64,000 nt of DNA from positions 2,763 to 66,762 of the IMG/VR virus record IMGVR_UViG_3300028559_000035. One strand, 5' to 3'. The DNA comes from a virus. Under the pieces are notes generated by a model. That model did not search any database and was not told the origin of the DNA. It saw only the letters and a list, made by a program, of their open reading frames with translations. Position numbers and translations under genes: made by a program. Of the stretch, positions 9,493 to 20,479 are shown in pieces (within the stretch, counting starts at the first letter, position 1; each line of letters opens with the position of its first letter).

Positions 9493-10040
9493 AACTTATA
9501 ACGATATTCGGTGCCCCGAATTCTGGAAAATCAACACTAGCAACTGATGTTCACACAAAACTAAAAAAATTAGGGGAAAACTCAATCTTTATATCTGAAG
9601 AGGCTACTGACTTCATAGCACAATATGGTATACCAAACACTCCAGTAGATCAAATAACAATCTTCTATAAACAATCTAATCGAGAGAATATGTTTATTGG
9701 ATCTAAAGATTATATTATTTGTGATTCTTCTGGAATATTAAACTATTTTTATTTTAGGAGATTATTTAATAATCCATTATCAGACAAAGATATTGCAACA
9801 ATAAATCATCTTCAAAAAGAAATACTCAAATCTTTGTCAAAATGGGATTATATATTTTATGTTCCTCCGATTCCAACAAATCCAGATGATGGAATTAGAT
9901 ATCATAATGAAGAAGATATTAGAAATTTAGATATGTGGATTAAATCTTATTTAGAAATTGAAAATATACCTTATATTGATTTATCTAAAATTGATTATAA
10001 AACTCGTCAAGATTATATAATAAAAGAAATATTAAAATGA
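9483..10040 (+). CDS. P-loop kinase/ATPase (NadR/Ttd14 AAA_28-like)
   Basis: Walker A GAPNSGKST; IICDS; DDGIRY. Confidence 0.7.
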   Translation: MTSKLITIFGAPNSGKSTLATDVHTKLKKLGENSIFISEEATDFIAQYGIPNTPVDQITIFYKQSNRENMFIGSKDYIICDSSGILNYFYFRRLFNNPLSDKDIATINHLQKEILKSLSKWDYIFYVPPIPTNPDDGIRYHNEEDIRNLDMWIKSYLEIENIPYIDLSKIDYKTRQDYIIKEILK

Positions 10041-10396
10041 AAGATCCAAAAGAATTAGGAATACCAAATATAAATTTCTCTATTTACACAGATGACGATA
10101 AAAGAGAAGAAATGTTTTTAAAACAAAGACTTGAAAGAGGATTTGATGAATCAGAAACCTGGTCATTATATTCAACTATTTCTGCATTTATTATACCAAG
10201 ACTTAAAACATTTAAAGAATGTACAATTGCTTATCCACCAGAATTAACAACAGAAGAATGGGATCTAATTTTAGATAAAATGATTAGATCATTTGAAATA
10301 GCTACAAATTCTGATTTTATGAAAGAAGAAGAATCGGAAGAGTTTAGGGAAGGTTTTAATCTTTTTAGTGAATATTTCTTTGCACTTTGGTGGTAA
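10037..10396 (+). CDS. Conserved phage hypothetical protein
   Basis: ETWSL...I.PRL..FK...W..ILDKMI...GF.LF..YF..LW pattern typical of large phages. Confidence 0.55.
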   Translation: MKDPKELGIPNINFSIYTDDDKREEMFLKQRLERGFDESETWSLYSTISAFIIPRLKTFKECTIAYPPELTTEEWDLILDKMIRSFEIATNSDFMKEEESEEFREGFNLFSEYFFALWW

Positions 10397-10668
10397 AAAT
10401 AATATAATATTTATGAAATATATTTATAGAGAATCACACACGGTTTATGTTGATTATGAAATAGAACTTAATGAGGAACAACTGATTGAATCAGGAGTTA
10501 GTCCATATGATGATATTGAAATATCAGAATATATAAAATCTAATTATTTAAACTTACAACCAAATTCTACTGAGTGGTGGATATCTGCACAAGAAGGAAC
10601 ATTTGAAAAAAATGTTGGAATATTATCTGAAAATGATGATTCAGAAAATTCAATAAAATGGATATAAT

Positions 10669-11025
10669 ATGTTTGGATTAATTAAATTAAGTAATATTGG
10701 TGATAGTATATCAATAAAAGAAAAGATTAAAAATGGTTATGAAGTTATAGGTGTTTATGATACACTTATTGATATTGAGAAATTACATCTAAATTATTTT
10801 GCACATAAATATAGACTAAGAGATAGTTTTTGGTGTTATTTCAGTAAGAAACAAAATGATTGGAATAAAGATATAGATTCTCATAAACTATCTGACATGG
10901 TTATTATAGATTTGGATAATATAAAAGAATCAATATTCGATTATCAAACAGGTAAAAATTTTAATAAAGAAGATAACTTTATTAAAGATGTTTTAAGAGA
11001 AATTAAATTATCAATGATTTTATGA
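10669..11025 (+). CDS. Hypothetical protein with C-terminal LREIKLSMIL tag
   Basis: Shared C-terminal motif. Confidence 0.5.
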   Translation: MFGLIKLSNIGDSISIKEKIKNGYEVIGVYDTLIDIEKLHLNYFAHKYRLRDSFWCYFSKKQNDWNKDIDSHKLSDMVIIDLDNIKESIFDYQTGKNFNKEDNFIKDVLREIKLSMIL

Positions 11026-12839
11026 TTAAATTAAATATAATAACACGTTGTACAAGACCACAATTCTTACAAAAAGTAAAAGAATCAATATTTAAAACAA
11101 TTCTTTTTGATATAAAATGGTGGGTTGTTTTTGATACAAGAGTTATCAAAGATATTGATGCTGACTTCTTAGCTGATTTACAACTACTTGGAGGCCAATC
11201 ACTTTTCCTCAAAGGAGAAGAAGGTGATATGGCTCATTCACTATTATCAAAAGTTATTGATAAAATAGATGATGGATTTATTTATTTCTTAGATGATGAT
11301 AATATCATGCATGAAAATTTCTATGATGTATTATCAAAATGTATTAAAGAAAACCCAGAAAAAAGAGGATTTATTTTCTCACAAAAAGTTGGAGGTATTG
11401 ACTTTACTGGACTAGATATAAGAGAAGCTAAGCCAGAAAATACAAAAGTTCAACACATAGATATGGCACAATTCTTATTAAGAAGAGATTTAATTGGTGA
11501 TATTAGATTTGTTACAGGTGATTATAAAGCTGATGGATATTTTATTGAGAAAATATATAATTCAAATAAAGATAACTTTCATTTTATACCTGAAGTTCTT
11601 TGTTACTATAATTATTTAAAAAAACCTGCAAATTTTACACCAAAAATATTATACATTGGTAATGATGAACCAGTTTTAAAATCTTGGAAAGCTGCGGATT
11701 ATGAAAGTGATGATTTAAGATTATTTTATAGAAAAGATGATTCTAACTTACAAATAGATTTAAAAGAAATAAACCCAGATTCTATAATAACTTGTGCTGA
11801 TAATTGGTCAGTATTTCAAAATCTTGGAAAACAACCACTTGATATAAGATCAAGATGGATTCATACTAAAGATATTGATAATTCAACTGGAGAGAATGTT
11901 TATCAATGTGCAATGAATTATATACTAAATCAAGATAATAAAAAAGAATTTGTATCGTATTTCACACCTATTTATAATACTGGAGAAAAACTTAAACAAG
12001 CTTATACATCTTTAAAAAATCAAACAAATTATAATTGGGAATGGGTTTTAGTAAATGATTCAACAGATGGTGGATTAACTCTTAAAATAGCTGAAGAGTT
12101 GTCTAAAAATGATAATAGAATTAAGTTATATGATTTTAGAGAGAAATCAGGAGGTATTGTTGGTGAATCTAAGTATAGAGCTGCTATGATGTGTAGTGGT
12201 GAAATAATAGCAGAGTTTGATCATGACGATTATTTAATGCCAACTTGTACAGAAACATTAATTAAAGCTTCTAATAAATATCCAGAGTGTGGATTTTTTT
12301 ATACAGATTGTGTAGAGATTGATAATAACTGGAACTCATTAACATATGGAGAAGGGTTTGCATTTGGGTATGGTTCTTATAGAGAAGAAAGTGTATTTGG
12401 AAAATCTATGCAAGTTGCTAAATCATTTAATATTAATCCAAAAACAATTAGACATATTGTAGGTGTTCCAAATCATGTAAGAGCTTGGAGAAGAAATGCT
12501 TATTTTAATGCAGGTTGTCATAATAGACGACTATCAATAGCTGATGATTATGAGTTAGTTATTAGAACATTTTTAACTACTAAAATGCTAAGAATTCCAA
12601 AACTAGAGTATTTACAATTCATTCATAATGATGGTGGTAATACTCATAATATATCTAGAGCAGATATACAAAGAAGAGTTAGAACAATATCAAATTATTA
12701 TAATTTAAAAATAAAGTCTAGGTTTGAGGAATTAGGATTAAAGGATTGGGCATATGAAGATAATCCAGTTAATCCAACTTGGTGTGATAGTAAATTTGGT
12801 GAGTTTGAAAATGTAGCAAATTTAATTTGGGAAGATTAA
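11022..12839 (+). CDS. Two-domain family 2 glycosyltransferase
   Basis: Two GT-A domains: YFLDDDN and TPIYNT...VNDSTD...FDHDD...ADDYEL. Confidence 0.85.
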   Translation: MIKLNIITRCTRPQFLQKVKESIFKTILFDIKWWVVFDTRVIKDIDADFLADLQLLGGQSLFLKGEEGDMAHSLLSKVIDKIDDGFIYFLDDDNIMHENFYDVLSKCIKENPEKRGFIFSQKVGGIDFTGLDIREAKPENTKVQHIDMAQFLLRRDLIGDIRFVTGDYKADGYFIEKIYNSNKDNFHFIPEVLCYYNYLKKPANFTPKILYIGNDEPVLKSWKAADYESDDLRLFYRKDDSNLQIDLKEINPDSIITCADNWSVFQNLGKQPLDIRSRWIHTKDIDNSTGENVYQCAMNYILNQDNKKEFVSYFTPIYNTGEKLKQAYTSLKNQTNYNWEWVLVNDSTDGGLTLKIAEELSKNDNRIKLYDFREKSGGIVGESKYRAAMMCSGEIIAEFDHDDYLMPTCTETLIKASNKYPECGFFYTDCVEIDNNWNSLTYGEGFAFGYGSYREESVFGKSMQVAKSFNINPKTIRHIVGVPNHVRAWRRNAYFNAGCHNRRLSIADDYELVIRTFLTTKMLRIPKLEYLQFIHNDGGNTHNISRADIQRRVRTISNYYNLKIKSRFEELGLKDWAYEDNPVNPTWCDSKFGEFENVANLIWED

Positions 12840-13612
12840 GATAGGTCATATTTAATGAATTCAATATATTTTATATATTTTCTATCTAAAAAAACTTTAG
12901 AGTCATTATATAACCAATCTAAAACTTTTAAAACCTGTCTATTTCCAGTTATATATATTCGGTAAATAGATTTACACTTACCAAAGCTAACATTAACTCC
13001 AATATTAATTAATATATTTCTCACTGAAATCATTAAATTTTCTGATCCAACTATTGAGAATACATATTTTCTATAATTTTTATAATTACTATAGCTTAAA
13101 CAACCATCACCATCAAATAAACCTCTTATAAAGTCTCTATCTTTACTAACATCAATATTTGGATATTCTGTTATAAAACTTTTTTTATTTACTATTCCAA
13201 ATTTTTCACAATCCATAACTATATTTTTATCATGAATTGTTAAATAATAAATATATCCACCATTAGGATTATTTTTTATTCTAACTGGCATGTCTTTATT
13301 AAAATAAACCTCATCTCTTAATTTTTCTAAATGTTTATCATCTTTTATATCTATTCTAATATATTTACCGCTGTTATATCCATCAGCCATTAAAAATCCT
13401 AACCAATATGCCTTAGATTCTGTATCTATTTTGTTGAAATAATTATTTCTTAATTCATATTTTTTAGTATATTTTCTTATTTCAATATTATTAGTTTTTA
13501 ATCTATTTATTATTGTTTTTGTATCAACTAAAAAATGTTTAGCAATTTTATTGGCACTCCAGTTTTTATTATAAAGTGTAATTATTTCAGATTCATTTAA
13601 ACTTTTTTTCAT
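12836..13612 (-). CDS. LAGLIDADG homing endonuclease
   Basis: AYWLGFLMADG and FIRGLFDGDG motifs; N-terminal HTH. Confidence 0.85.
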   Translation of the reverse strand: MKKSLNESEIITLYNKNWSANKIAKHFLVDTKTIINRLKTNNIEIRKYTKKYELRNNYFNKIDTESKAYWLGFLMADGYNSGKYIRIDIKDDKHLEKLRDEVYFNKDMPVRIKNNPNGGYIYYLTIHDKNIVMDCEKFGIVNKKSFITEYPNIDVSKDRDFIRGLFDGDGCLSYSNYKNYRKYVFSIVGSENLMISVRNILINIGVNVSFGKCKSIYRIYITGNRQVLKVLDWLYNDSKVFLDRKYIKYIEFIKYDLS

Positions 13613-13677
13613 AAGTTATATATATAAATATAGGTTGTTCCACACACTTATTTGTGTAATAACTAAATAATTAATTT

Positions 13678-14022
13678 ATGGGAGCATCTAGAAAAAGTTA
13701 TAGTCTTCAATCAGACTTAAAAGATAAAAATTATAAAAGGTTCTGGAAAAATCTTAGGACATTACTTTATTTAAGATTACCAGAAATTAATTATAAAAAT
13801 CGTAAAAAATTTTCAAATAGTAGGTACGAAAGAAAAGTAATAATTACAGATTCATTCGTAACTCCATTTAATAAAAAATTTGGATGTAAATGGTTTGGTC
13901 ATAATTGGAAATTTGATGAAGAAGATAATTACTATGTTTGTTGGAAATGTTTTAAATATGAAAAACCAGATGTTTATAAAGCTATAAATCGTGATGATAA
14001 AATTGATAAAATTTTAAGATAA
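13678..14022 (+). CDS. Small Zn-binding-like protein with C-terminal NRDDKIDKIL tag
   Basis: CKWFGH...CWKC; shared C-terminal motif. Confidence 0.5.
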   Translation: MGASRKSYSLQSDLKDKNYKRFWKNLRTLLYLRLPEINYKNRKKFSNSRYERKVIITDSFVTPFNKKFGCKWFGHNWKFDEEDNYYVCWKCFKYEKPDVYKAINRDDKIDKILR

Positions 14023-14046
14023 TTTATACTAATTAATATATAGCTT

Positions 14047-14970
14047 GTGGATAAAAATAAAATATTTATAGATAAAGCTGAAAAGTTATATGGTAAAAAA
14101 TATGATTACTCTTTAGTAAATTATATAGGATCTTCGGATAAAATAATAATTATTTGTCCAAAACATGGAAAATTTATAAAATCGCCAAATTTACATTTAC
14201 AAGGTCAAGGATGTCCAAAATGTATTTTTGATATAAATAATAATAAAAAATATTCTAATACTGAGAATTTCATAACAAAGTCAAATAAAATACATAAAAA
14301 TAAATATACTTATTTAAAATCTGAATATAAACATAATAAAGAAAAGCTAATAATAACTTGTCAGAATCATGGTGATTTTTTACAAACTCCTCATGAACAC
14401 TTATTAGGTAGAGGATGTAAATATTGCTCTCAAGAATCAATGAGAAAAAAATTCTCAAGAACTAATAATGATTTTATAAAAATCTCAAAAAATGTTCATA
14501 ATGGATATTACGATTATTCAAAAGTAGAATACATAAATACAAATAGTAAAGTTATAATAACATGCCCAAAACACGGTGATTTTTTACAAACTCCTAAAAT
14601 ACATATAAAGGGTTCTGGATGTTCAATTTGTAATCAATCTAAAGGTGAGAATATGGTTATGAAATTTTTAAATGAAAATAATATTAAATTTGAGATACAA
14701 AAGACATTTGATAATCTTAAAGGAATATCAAAGAAGTTAAAATTTGATTTCTTTATCCCAAATAGAAATATTTGTATAGAGTTTGATGGTAGGCAACATT
14801 TTGAACCATTTTCAAATATCGAAAAATCAATATTAAAATTTACTCAAACTAAGATTAATGATGAGAGGAAAAATAAATTTTGTATTGATAATAATATTAA
14901 ATTAATTAGGATTCACTTTAAAGATTTAAATAATATCAGTATAATTCTTAAAAAAGAATTAGGTATTTAA
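14047..14970 (+). CDS. Homing endonuclease, paralog of 3089..3994
   Basis: CPKHG.F...GCxxC repeats; FDFFIP..IEFDGRQHF. Confidence 0.75.
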   Translation: MDKNKIFIDKAEKLYGKKYDYSLVNYIGSSDKIIIICPKHGKFIKSPNLHLQGQGCPKCIFDINNNKKYSNTENFITKSNKIHKNKYTYLKSEYKHNKEKLIITCQNHGDFLQTPHEHLLGRGCKYCSQESMRKKFSRTNNDFIKISKNVHNGYYDYSKVEYINTNSKVIITCPKHGDFLQTPKIHIKGSGCSICNQSKGENMVMKFLNENNIKFEIQKTFDNLKGISKKLKFDFFIPNRNICIEFDGRQHFEPFSNIEKSILKFTQTKINDERKNKFCIDNNIKLIRIHFKDLNNISIILKKELGI

Positions 14971-15262
14971 TTAAATTTTAGATATATTTATTAAATAAAT
15001 GTTGAGATGAAAAATTGGGATCATGATATAATTAAAGAATTTATCCCAATTGAGGATAAAAGTAGTTTCTTAGCTTTTGATAATATTATTCTACGTGGAG
15101 ATGTAATTCTAGCACTATATAGGACTTTATTAGGTACTGAAAGAGTCGCAATATCTTTATCGGTCTATTTATCAAAGAAAAGAGAGAAGAAAATTAACGA
15201 AATATTATATGGAATATAAAAACATTTTAAAAAGAATTAAAGGAAATTTTAAACTCTTGGTA

Positions 15263-15472
15263 CTAAGATTTAAAATAAGGAGCTAATACTAATTCCATTA
15301 CATTATGTATATTAGATTCTAATAATTTAGCCTCATCTTCTGTTAAATTTAATTTCATTGGCAATTCTACTTCAACTGAAACTTTTTCATCTTTTATCTC
15401 AATATTAAATTGAGCATCAGGTGTCTGACATTCAGTTTTAAGTGCTTCATTAAATTTTTTTATATATCTCAT
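15263..15472 (-). CDS. Small protein, CTS-like N-terminus (MRYIKKFNE)
   Basis: Start reassigned to 15472, which directly follows a TAATATATA box. Confidence 0.5.
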   Translation of the reverse strand: MRYIKKFNEALKTECQTPDAQFNIEIKDEKVSVEVELPMKLNLTEDEAKLLESNIHNVMELVLAPYFKS

Positions 15473-15570
15473 AGGTTTATATATTAATAAATAAAACACA
15501 TTAATTAAAATAGAATATAAAGTGAACAGATTGGTAATTTTATAAATAAATAAATTATTGACTTAAAATA

Positions 15571-16950
15571 ATGAAAAAATTACATCTAATAATATTTATT
15601 CTTTTATTAAAATTACCATTGTATTCACAAGTAGGACCCAATTCCAATTGGTACTTTGGTAATCTTGCTGGAATAACATTTAATTCTGGATCACCAGTTG
15701 CATTAACTAATGGCGCTTTATCAACAACTGAAGGAGTTGCTACAATGTCAGATAATTCTGGTAATTTACTTTTTTATACAAATGGTGTAAGTGTTTGGAA
15801 TAGAAATCATGTTGTAATGACAAATGGTGCCGGATTATTAGGACATATATCATCTACTCAATCTGCAATTATAGTTCAAAAACCATTATCTAATAACATT
15901 TATTATATCTTTACAAGTGATAATGATGCTGGCACAGATGGTATATGTTGGTCAGAAGTAAATATGAATTTATCTTTAGGATTAGGTGCAGTAACGGCTA
16001 ATAAAAATATACCACTACTTGTGCCTCCACAATTATCAAGCGAGAAACTTTGCGCTGTTAGAAACTGTAATAATAGAGATTTATGGATTATAACTAAAGA
16101 TTGGAACTCAAATGTATTTAGAACTTGGTCAGTTGATCCAATAGGAGTTGGTAACATACAAGCTTGGTCAGTAGGTGGTTTAGTACCTACTGGTGTCACA
16201 CAATCATCTTATGGTCAGTTAAAATCTAGTCCAGATGGACGAAAGTTAGCTGCTTGTTACTATGGTTTAAATAGAATAGAAATATATGACTTTAATCCAA
16301 CAACGGGGTGGGTTAGTAATGCTCAAGTTTTATCAACTGAAACTGGTATATATGGTTGTGAATTTTCACCTAATGGTAAAGTTTTATATGGTGGATGTAA
16401 TCAAGGATTACTTTTACAATGGAATTTATGTGCTGGAACACTTCCACAAATTCAAGCAAGTAGAACGGTGATATCGAATGCAGGTGCTTTTATAGGATCA
16501 TTACAGATTGGGCCGGATTCAAAGATATATGTAGCTAGAAATAATACATCATTATCAGTTATAAATTCACCAAATACTGTTGGTGTAGGATGTGGATATT
16601 CTAATCTTAGTATATCATTGGCAGGTAGAAATAGTTCAATGGGTCTTCCAAATTTTGCATCATATTATAATATACAAACTGTATCTATACCAACACCATC
16701 AGCTTTAAGTTGTAATTTATTTCAATTTAATGCTCCTTTTTTAAATTCTTCTTGTAATCCGGTAAATTATACGTATATTTGGGACTTCGGAGATGGAACA
16801 CAATCTAATTTACAAAACCCAACTCACCAGTTCCCAACTGGAAATTGGAATGTAACTTTAACAATAAATACAGGGTGTATTCCAATATCAGGAAATTTAA
16901 ATGTAAATATAACTAATAGTGTCTTAACCGGACCAATTTATAGAGAATGA
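15571..16950 (+). CDS. Secreted beta-propeller + PKD domain protein (Bacteroidota-like)
   Basis: Signal peptide; NWYFG..AG..F; LLFYTNG; GLPNF; PKD motif WDFGDG...NPTH. Confidence 0.75.
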   Translation: MKKLHLIIFILLLKLPLYSQVGPNSNWYFGNLAGITFNSGSPVALTNGALSTTEGVATMSDNSGNLLFYTNGVSVWNRNHVVMTNGAGLLGHISSTQSAIIVQKPLSNNIYYIFTSDNDAGTDGICWSEVNMNLSLGLGAVTANKNIPLLVPPQLSSEKLCAVRNCNNRDLWIITKDWNSNVFRTWSVDPIGVGNIQAWSVGGLVPTGVTQSSYGQLKSSPDGRKLAACYYGLNRIEIYDFNPTTGWVSNAQVLSTETGIYGCEFSPNGKVLYGGCNQGLLLQWNLCAGTLPQIQASRTVISNAGAFIGSLQIGPDSKIYVARNNTSLSVINSPNTVGVGCGYSNLSISLAGRNSSMGLPNFASYYNIQTVSIPTPSALSCNLFQFNAPFLNSSCNPVNYTYIWDFGDGTQSNLQNPTHQFPTGNWNVTLTINTGCIPISGNLNVNITNSVLTGPIYRE

Positions 16951-17282
16951 CAGAAGAATTATTACACAGATTAATTGAACATGAAACCAATTGGTTAAAT
17001 TATTATGGTCTTAGAACAGATCGTGAAAAATTAAATGAAGAATCTAATATTTATAGAGATATTAGATCAATTGGATACACAAAAAGAGTAATTGAGTTAT
17101 CACTTAGATGTTCTCCAGGTCTAATAACATCAGATAATTTAATTACAAAAGATACTAAAATTGAAGATTTAAAAGAGGATAGTTTTCCAAGAAGTAATAA
17201 TAAATTCACACCAATTGAAATCTATTTTATTCTTTTCCCTGAGAGGAAAATGGAAATAATTAATAAACTAAAACCAATTTAA

Positions 17283-17810
17283 ATGATTTACTCTACTATT
17301 GAACATTTAAAAGAAGCTGAATTACATCTACCCAGATTACTAAAACAACCAGAAATTTGGAACACACTAGATGTAGATTATTATCCACCAAGAGTTGAAA
17401 GGCTTTGGACACAATACGATAATGATCATCGTTTATTTATACATCTAATACATCCAACTGATCAACCTTGTTTATTTCATAAACATAGATGGCCATCATC
17501 AATTAAAATAATTGACGGATCATATGAAATGGGTATAGCTTACTGTGAAGAAGAAATTAATTCTGAAGAAGCTTATAAACTTCCAACTGTATCAAAATTA
17601 ATTATGTCTGCTGGATCTTATTATCAAATGACTAACACACATACTTTACATTACGTAAAACCGATGGAAGGAATATCAACATCTTTGATGATATCAGGAC
17701 CTTTATATCCTGAGGCAGATTTTAGAAAAGAAGTTATAGATAGGGAATTGAAACCACTTTCCAATTTAAGAAAAAATACTATACTTCAATGGATGCAAAA
17801 AATTTACTAG
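17283..17810 (+). CDS. Cupin-like protein
   Basis: FHKHRW...GSYE...LHYV His motifs. Confidence 0.5.
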   Translation: MIYSTIEHLKEAELHLPRLLKQPEIWNTLDVDYYPPRVERLWTQYDNDHRLFIHLIHPTDQPCLFHKHRWPSSIKIIDGSYEMGIAYCEEEINSEEAYKLPTVSKLIMSAGSYYQMTNTHTLHYVKPMEGISTSLMISGPLYPEADFRKEVIDRELKPLSNLRKNTILQWMQKIY

Positions 17811-18184
17811 ATTGTTTTAATGAGAATTTTGATGATTGGTTAGTTAAAAGTAATCATCCAAAAATAAATGAAATTAAAGAATTACTTATTTCATTTCAAA
17901 TCGATGATGATTCAGTACTACACAGTAATATTCAAAATTTAAAAATAAAGGTATTCTCTGATTGGGAAAAAATACGATCAGAATCATTATCAGAAATACT
18001 AAATATTTTACTTAGAAAACCTGAGGCTGATTATTTTTGGTATACTTATAAAGAAAATAATAATATTTTAACTTATTCAATGCCTCATGGTGTTACACCA
18101 TCTAGTGCTTTAAGGGTAGATAAAAAAAAGATTAAAATATTTTTAAGAGAATTAAAAATTAATAGAATTTTAAATGAAGATTGA
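17789..18184 (+). CDS. Hypothetical protein with C-terminal LRELKINRIL tag
   Basis: Shared C-terminal motif. Confidence 0.5.
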   Translation: MDAKNLLDCFNENFDDWLVKSNHPKINEIKELLISFQIDDDSVLHSNIQNLKIKVFSDWEKIRSESLSEILNILLRKPEADYFWYTYKENNNILTYSMPHGVTPSSALRVDKKKIKIFLRELKINRILNED

Positions 18185-18496
18185 TTTTTCAAGCCAAGAT
18201 TTTTTATTTATTTCTAAACCAGAAAAATATTATATTGAAGGACATCCTGTTCAATGTGATTCAGATTATTCTAACTGGAAAAATAACAAAATTATTGAAT
18301 CTGGATGGGATTTTTTAATGGACTAACAATGGTTAGTTATAGAGGATATAATGGAGAACTTCCAAGATTTGATGGTGATACCACATCATTTAATGAGTTT
18401 AACATTTACTATAAAGGAATATTGGTTAATGAAATGACTTATGAGGGTTTGTATAATATGATTAATCGCGATATACAATTAGATAAAATATTATAA
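18174..18496 (+). pseudogene. Frameshifted hypothetical gene (or read error) ending NRDIQLDKIL
   Basis: ORF from ATG 18174 stops at 18326; one extra G at GGATGGGA (~18303-18310) would join it to 18305..18496. Confidence 0.4.
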
Positions 18497-18864
18497 TGGA
18501 TTACGAGAAAATACTTGAAGATATAATTGAACTTGATGAATCAGGTGTTGTTATAGTATCTGGATTTGGAGATTTAATCTTAAATGAATTTTTCGACTTT
18601 AAATTTAAAGATCTTAAAGAAGATAATTTTTATATTAAACTTGGTAGAGCAGATCACTCACAAGTTTTAAAATCATTAGTAGAAGATGAATTTGTATTTG
18701 ATAAAGATTGTATTGAAGGTGAATACTCTTTTGATATGATATTTAGATGGGAAAAAGATGAATACTATGGTTACTTAGAACTTAGATATGTAAAATGGAA
18801 ATTTATTCAAACATTTGAACAGAGAAATAGAGAAATGAGGATAGATAGTTTATTCGATTTATAG
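18496..18864 (+). CDS. Hypothetical protein with C-terminal NREMRIDSLF tag
   Basis: Shared C-terminal motif. Confidence 0.5.
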   Translation: MDYEKILEDIIELDESGVVIVSGFGDLILNEFFDFKFKDLKEDNFYIKLGRADHSQVLKSLVEDEFVFDKDCIEGEYSFDMIFRWEKDEYYGYLELRYVKWKFIQTFEQRNREMRIDSLFDL

Positions 18865-18869
18865 ATAAT

Positions 18870-19673
18870 TTATTTGGACTTTGATTTAGTTTCGTATAAT
18901 TTCATGGATATAGATCCCCTTTCATTTAATAGGTTAATTGCAAAAAACATAGTAAGTCCCATAGAATTAAAAGTCTTACTAATATTATTTATTTCAGAAA
19001 TAATTTTAGAATATGTATCCATTTGCTTATCAACCTTTATATAATCGCTACCCTCATATCTTTTATTAAATTTAAAGTCTAAATCTATATATAAATTATA
19101 ACCTATACTATCATCACTTACGCTTTCCATTTTAGAGACTTTAAATTTTGATTCAAATTCATCACCTAATTCAACTAACCTATCTTTTATTTCTTCAATT
19201 GGAAAGTTTTCATAAAAAGAATTTGCATCTTTCTCTGTTTTATTTCTTATTAAAATTTCATGCTTACAAGAATTTAAAATACTAAATAATTCGTTAGCAG
19301 CTGGTTCTATCTTTTCTAAAGAAAGAAAACTTGTTCCCGTAATAGAAGAATCATCTGATTTTATAATACCACCGTCAAGTAATTGGTTACCTTCAACTAT
19401 TCCTTTTATATATGGTTTATCTAAAATATTTTCTTTTATTAGATTAACCTTCATCAAATACTTAATTGTTATATTATCAAATTTTTCTATAATAGTATAA
19501 TCCTCGGTTTTTAAAATACTTTTAATTGATATACCAGTAAATATTTTATTTGGTTCTTTTTTAAATTCATATCCACCATCTACTAACTTTTTTTCTAGAT
19601 CCTTAATTATTTCAGAAAATGCTTTTTCAGCTTTACCATTGAATAAACCTTCATTAGTTTTAATATATTTCAT
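18870..19673 (-). CDS. CTS-tagged hypothetical protein, tandem paralog of 19675..20460
   Basis: Starts MKYIKTNEGLFNGKAEKAFS at 19673. Confidence 0.6.
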   Translation of the reverse strand: MKYIKTNEGLFNGKAEKAFSEIIKDLEKKLVDGGYEFKKEPNKIFTGISIKSILKTEDYTIIEKFDNITIKYLMKVNLIKENILDKPYIKGIVEGNQLLDGGIIKSDDSSITGTSFLSLEKIEPAANELFSILNSCKHEILIRNKTEKDANSFYENFPIEEIKDRLVELGDEFESKFKVSKMESVSDDSIGYNLYIDLDFKFNKRYEGSDYIKVDKQMDTYSKIISEINNISKTFNSMGLTMFFAINLLNERGSISMKLYETKSKSK

Positions 19674-19674
19674 A

Positions 19675-20460
19675 TTATTTTTTTTTATTTTTAGCATATA
19701 AATGAAGATTTATAGAACCACTATCTATAATAGAAGATAAATTAATTACTAATTCTAATCCCATTGAATCGAATTTCTTTGTTAAAGAATCTATTTCATT
19801 TATAAATTCTACAAATGCAGTAGAACATTTTAAATACTTATTTGAATAAATTTGTGATGTATTATTAAAAAATTTATAGTTATCAATAAATGATATACTA
19901 TATGAAGCTATTTTTATTTCACTTTTAGTAATTTTATATTCTCCATAAGTATCAGATAAATCAAATAAATTATCTTTTATATCATCAATACTGAAATTAT
20001 CATAAAAATTATCAGTTATATTTTTTACTGCTCCTTGATTATCTATTTTATTTTTACAAATATGTAAAAGTTCATAAATATTTGATAGTGGATTTTTATA
20101 TAAATCAATGTTATCTAATTCATTATGTCCATATCCATAATCTGAGTTATTAATTTTTATGATGCTACCATCATCATGTTTTTTAGTAGCATCAATTCTA
20201 GCATGAATAAAAGATTTTGCAAAAGTTTCTTTAACTAAAACAATTTTTAATAAATATGTAATATTATTTTTATCAGTTATTGTATAAGATTCAGTTTTTA
20301 AAATATTTTTATTTGGTCTATTAATAAGTAATTTATTAGGTTCATTCGTAAAATTATATCCATCACTTGTTAATTTATTTTCAAAATCTTGAATTAATTT
20401 AGAAAATGCTTTTTCAGCTTTACCATTGAATAGACCCTCATTTGTTTTTAAATACTTCAT
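19675..20460 (-). CDS. CTS-tagged hypothetical protein, tandem paralog
   Basis: MKYLKTNEGLFNGKAEKAFS; late-type box upstream. Confidence 0.6.
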   Translation of the reverse strand: MKYLKTNEGLFNGKAEKAFSKLIQDFENKLTSDGYNFTNEPNKLLINRPNKNILKTESYTITDKNNITYLLKIVLVKETFAKSFIHARIDATKKHDDGSIIKINNSDYGYGHNELDNIDLYKNPLSNIYELLHICKNKIDNQGAVKNITDNFYDNFSIDDIKDNLFDLSDTYGEYKITKSEIKIASYSISFIDNYKFFNNTSQIYSNKYLKCSTAFVEFINEIDSLTKKFDSMGLELVINLSSIIDSGSINLHLYAKNKKK

Positions 20461-20479
20461 ATTTTATATATTAAAAAAA

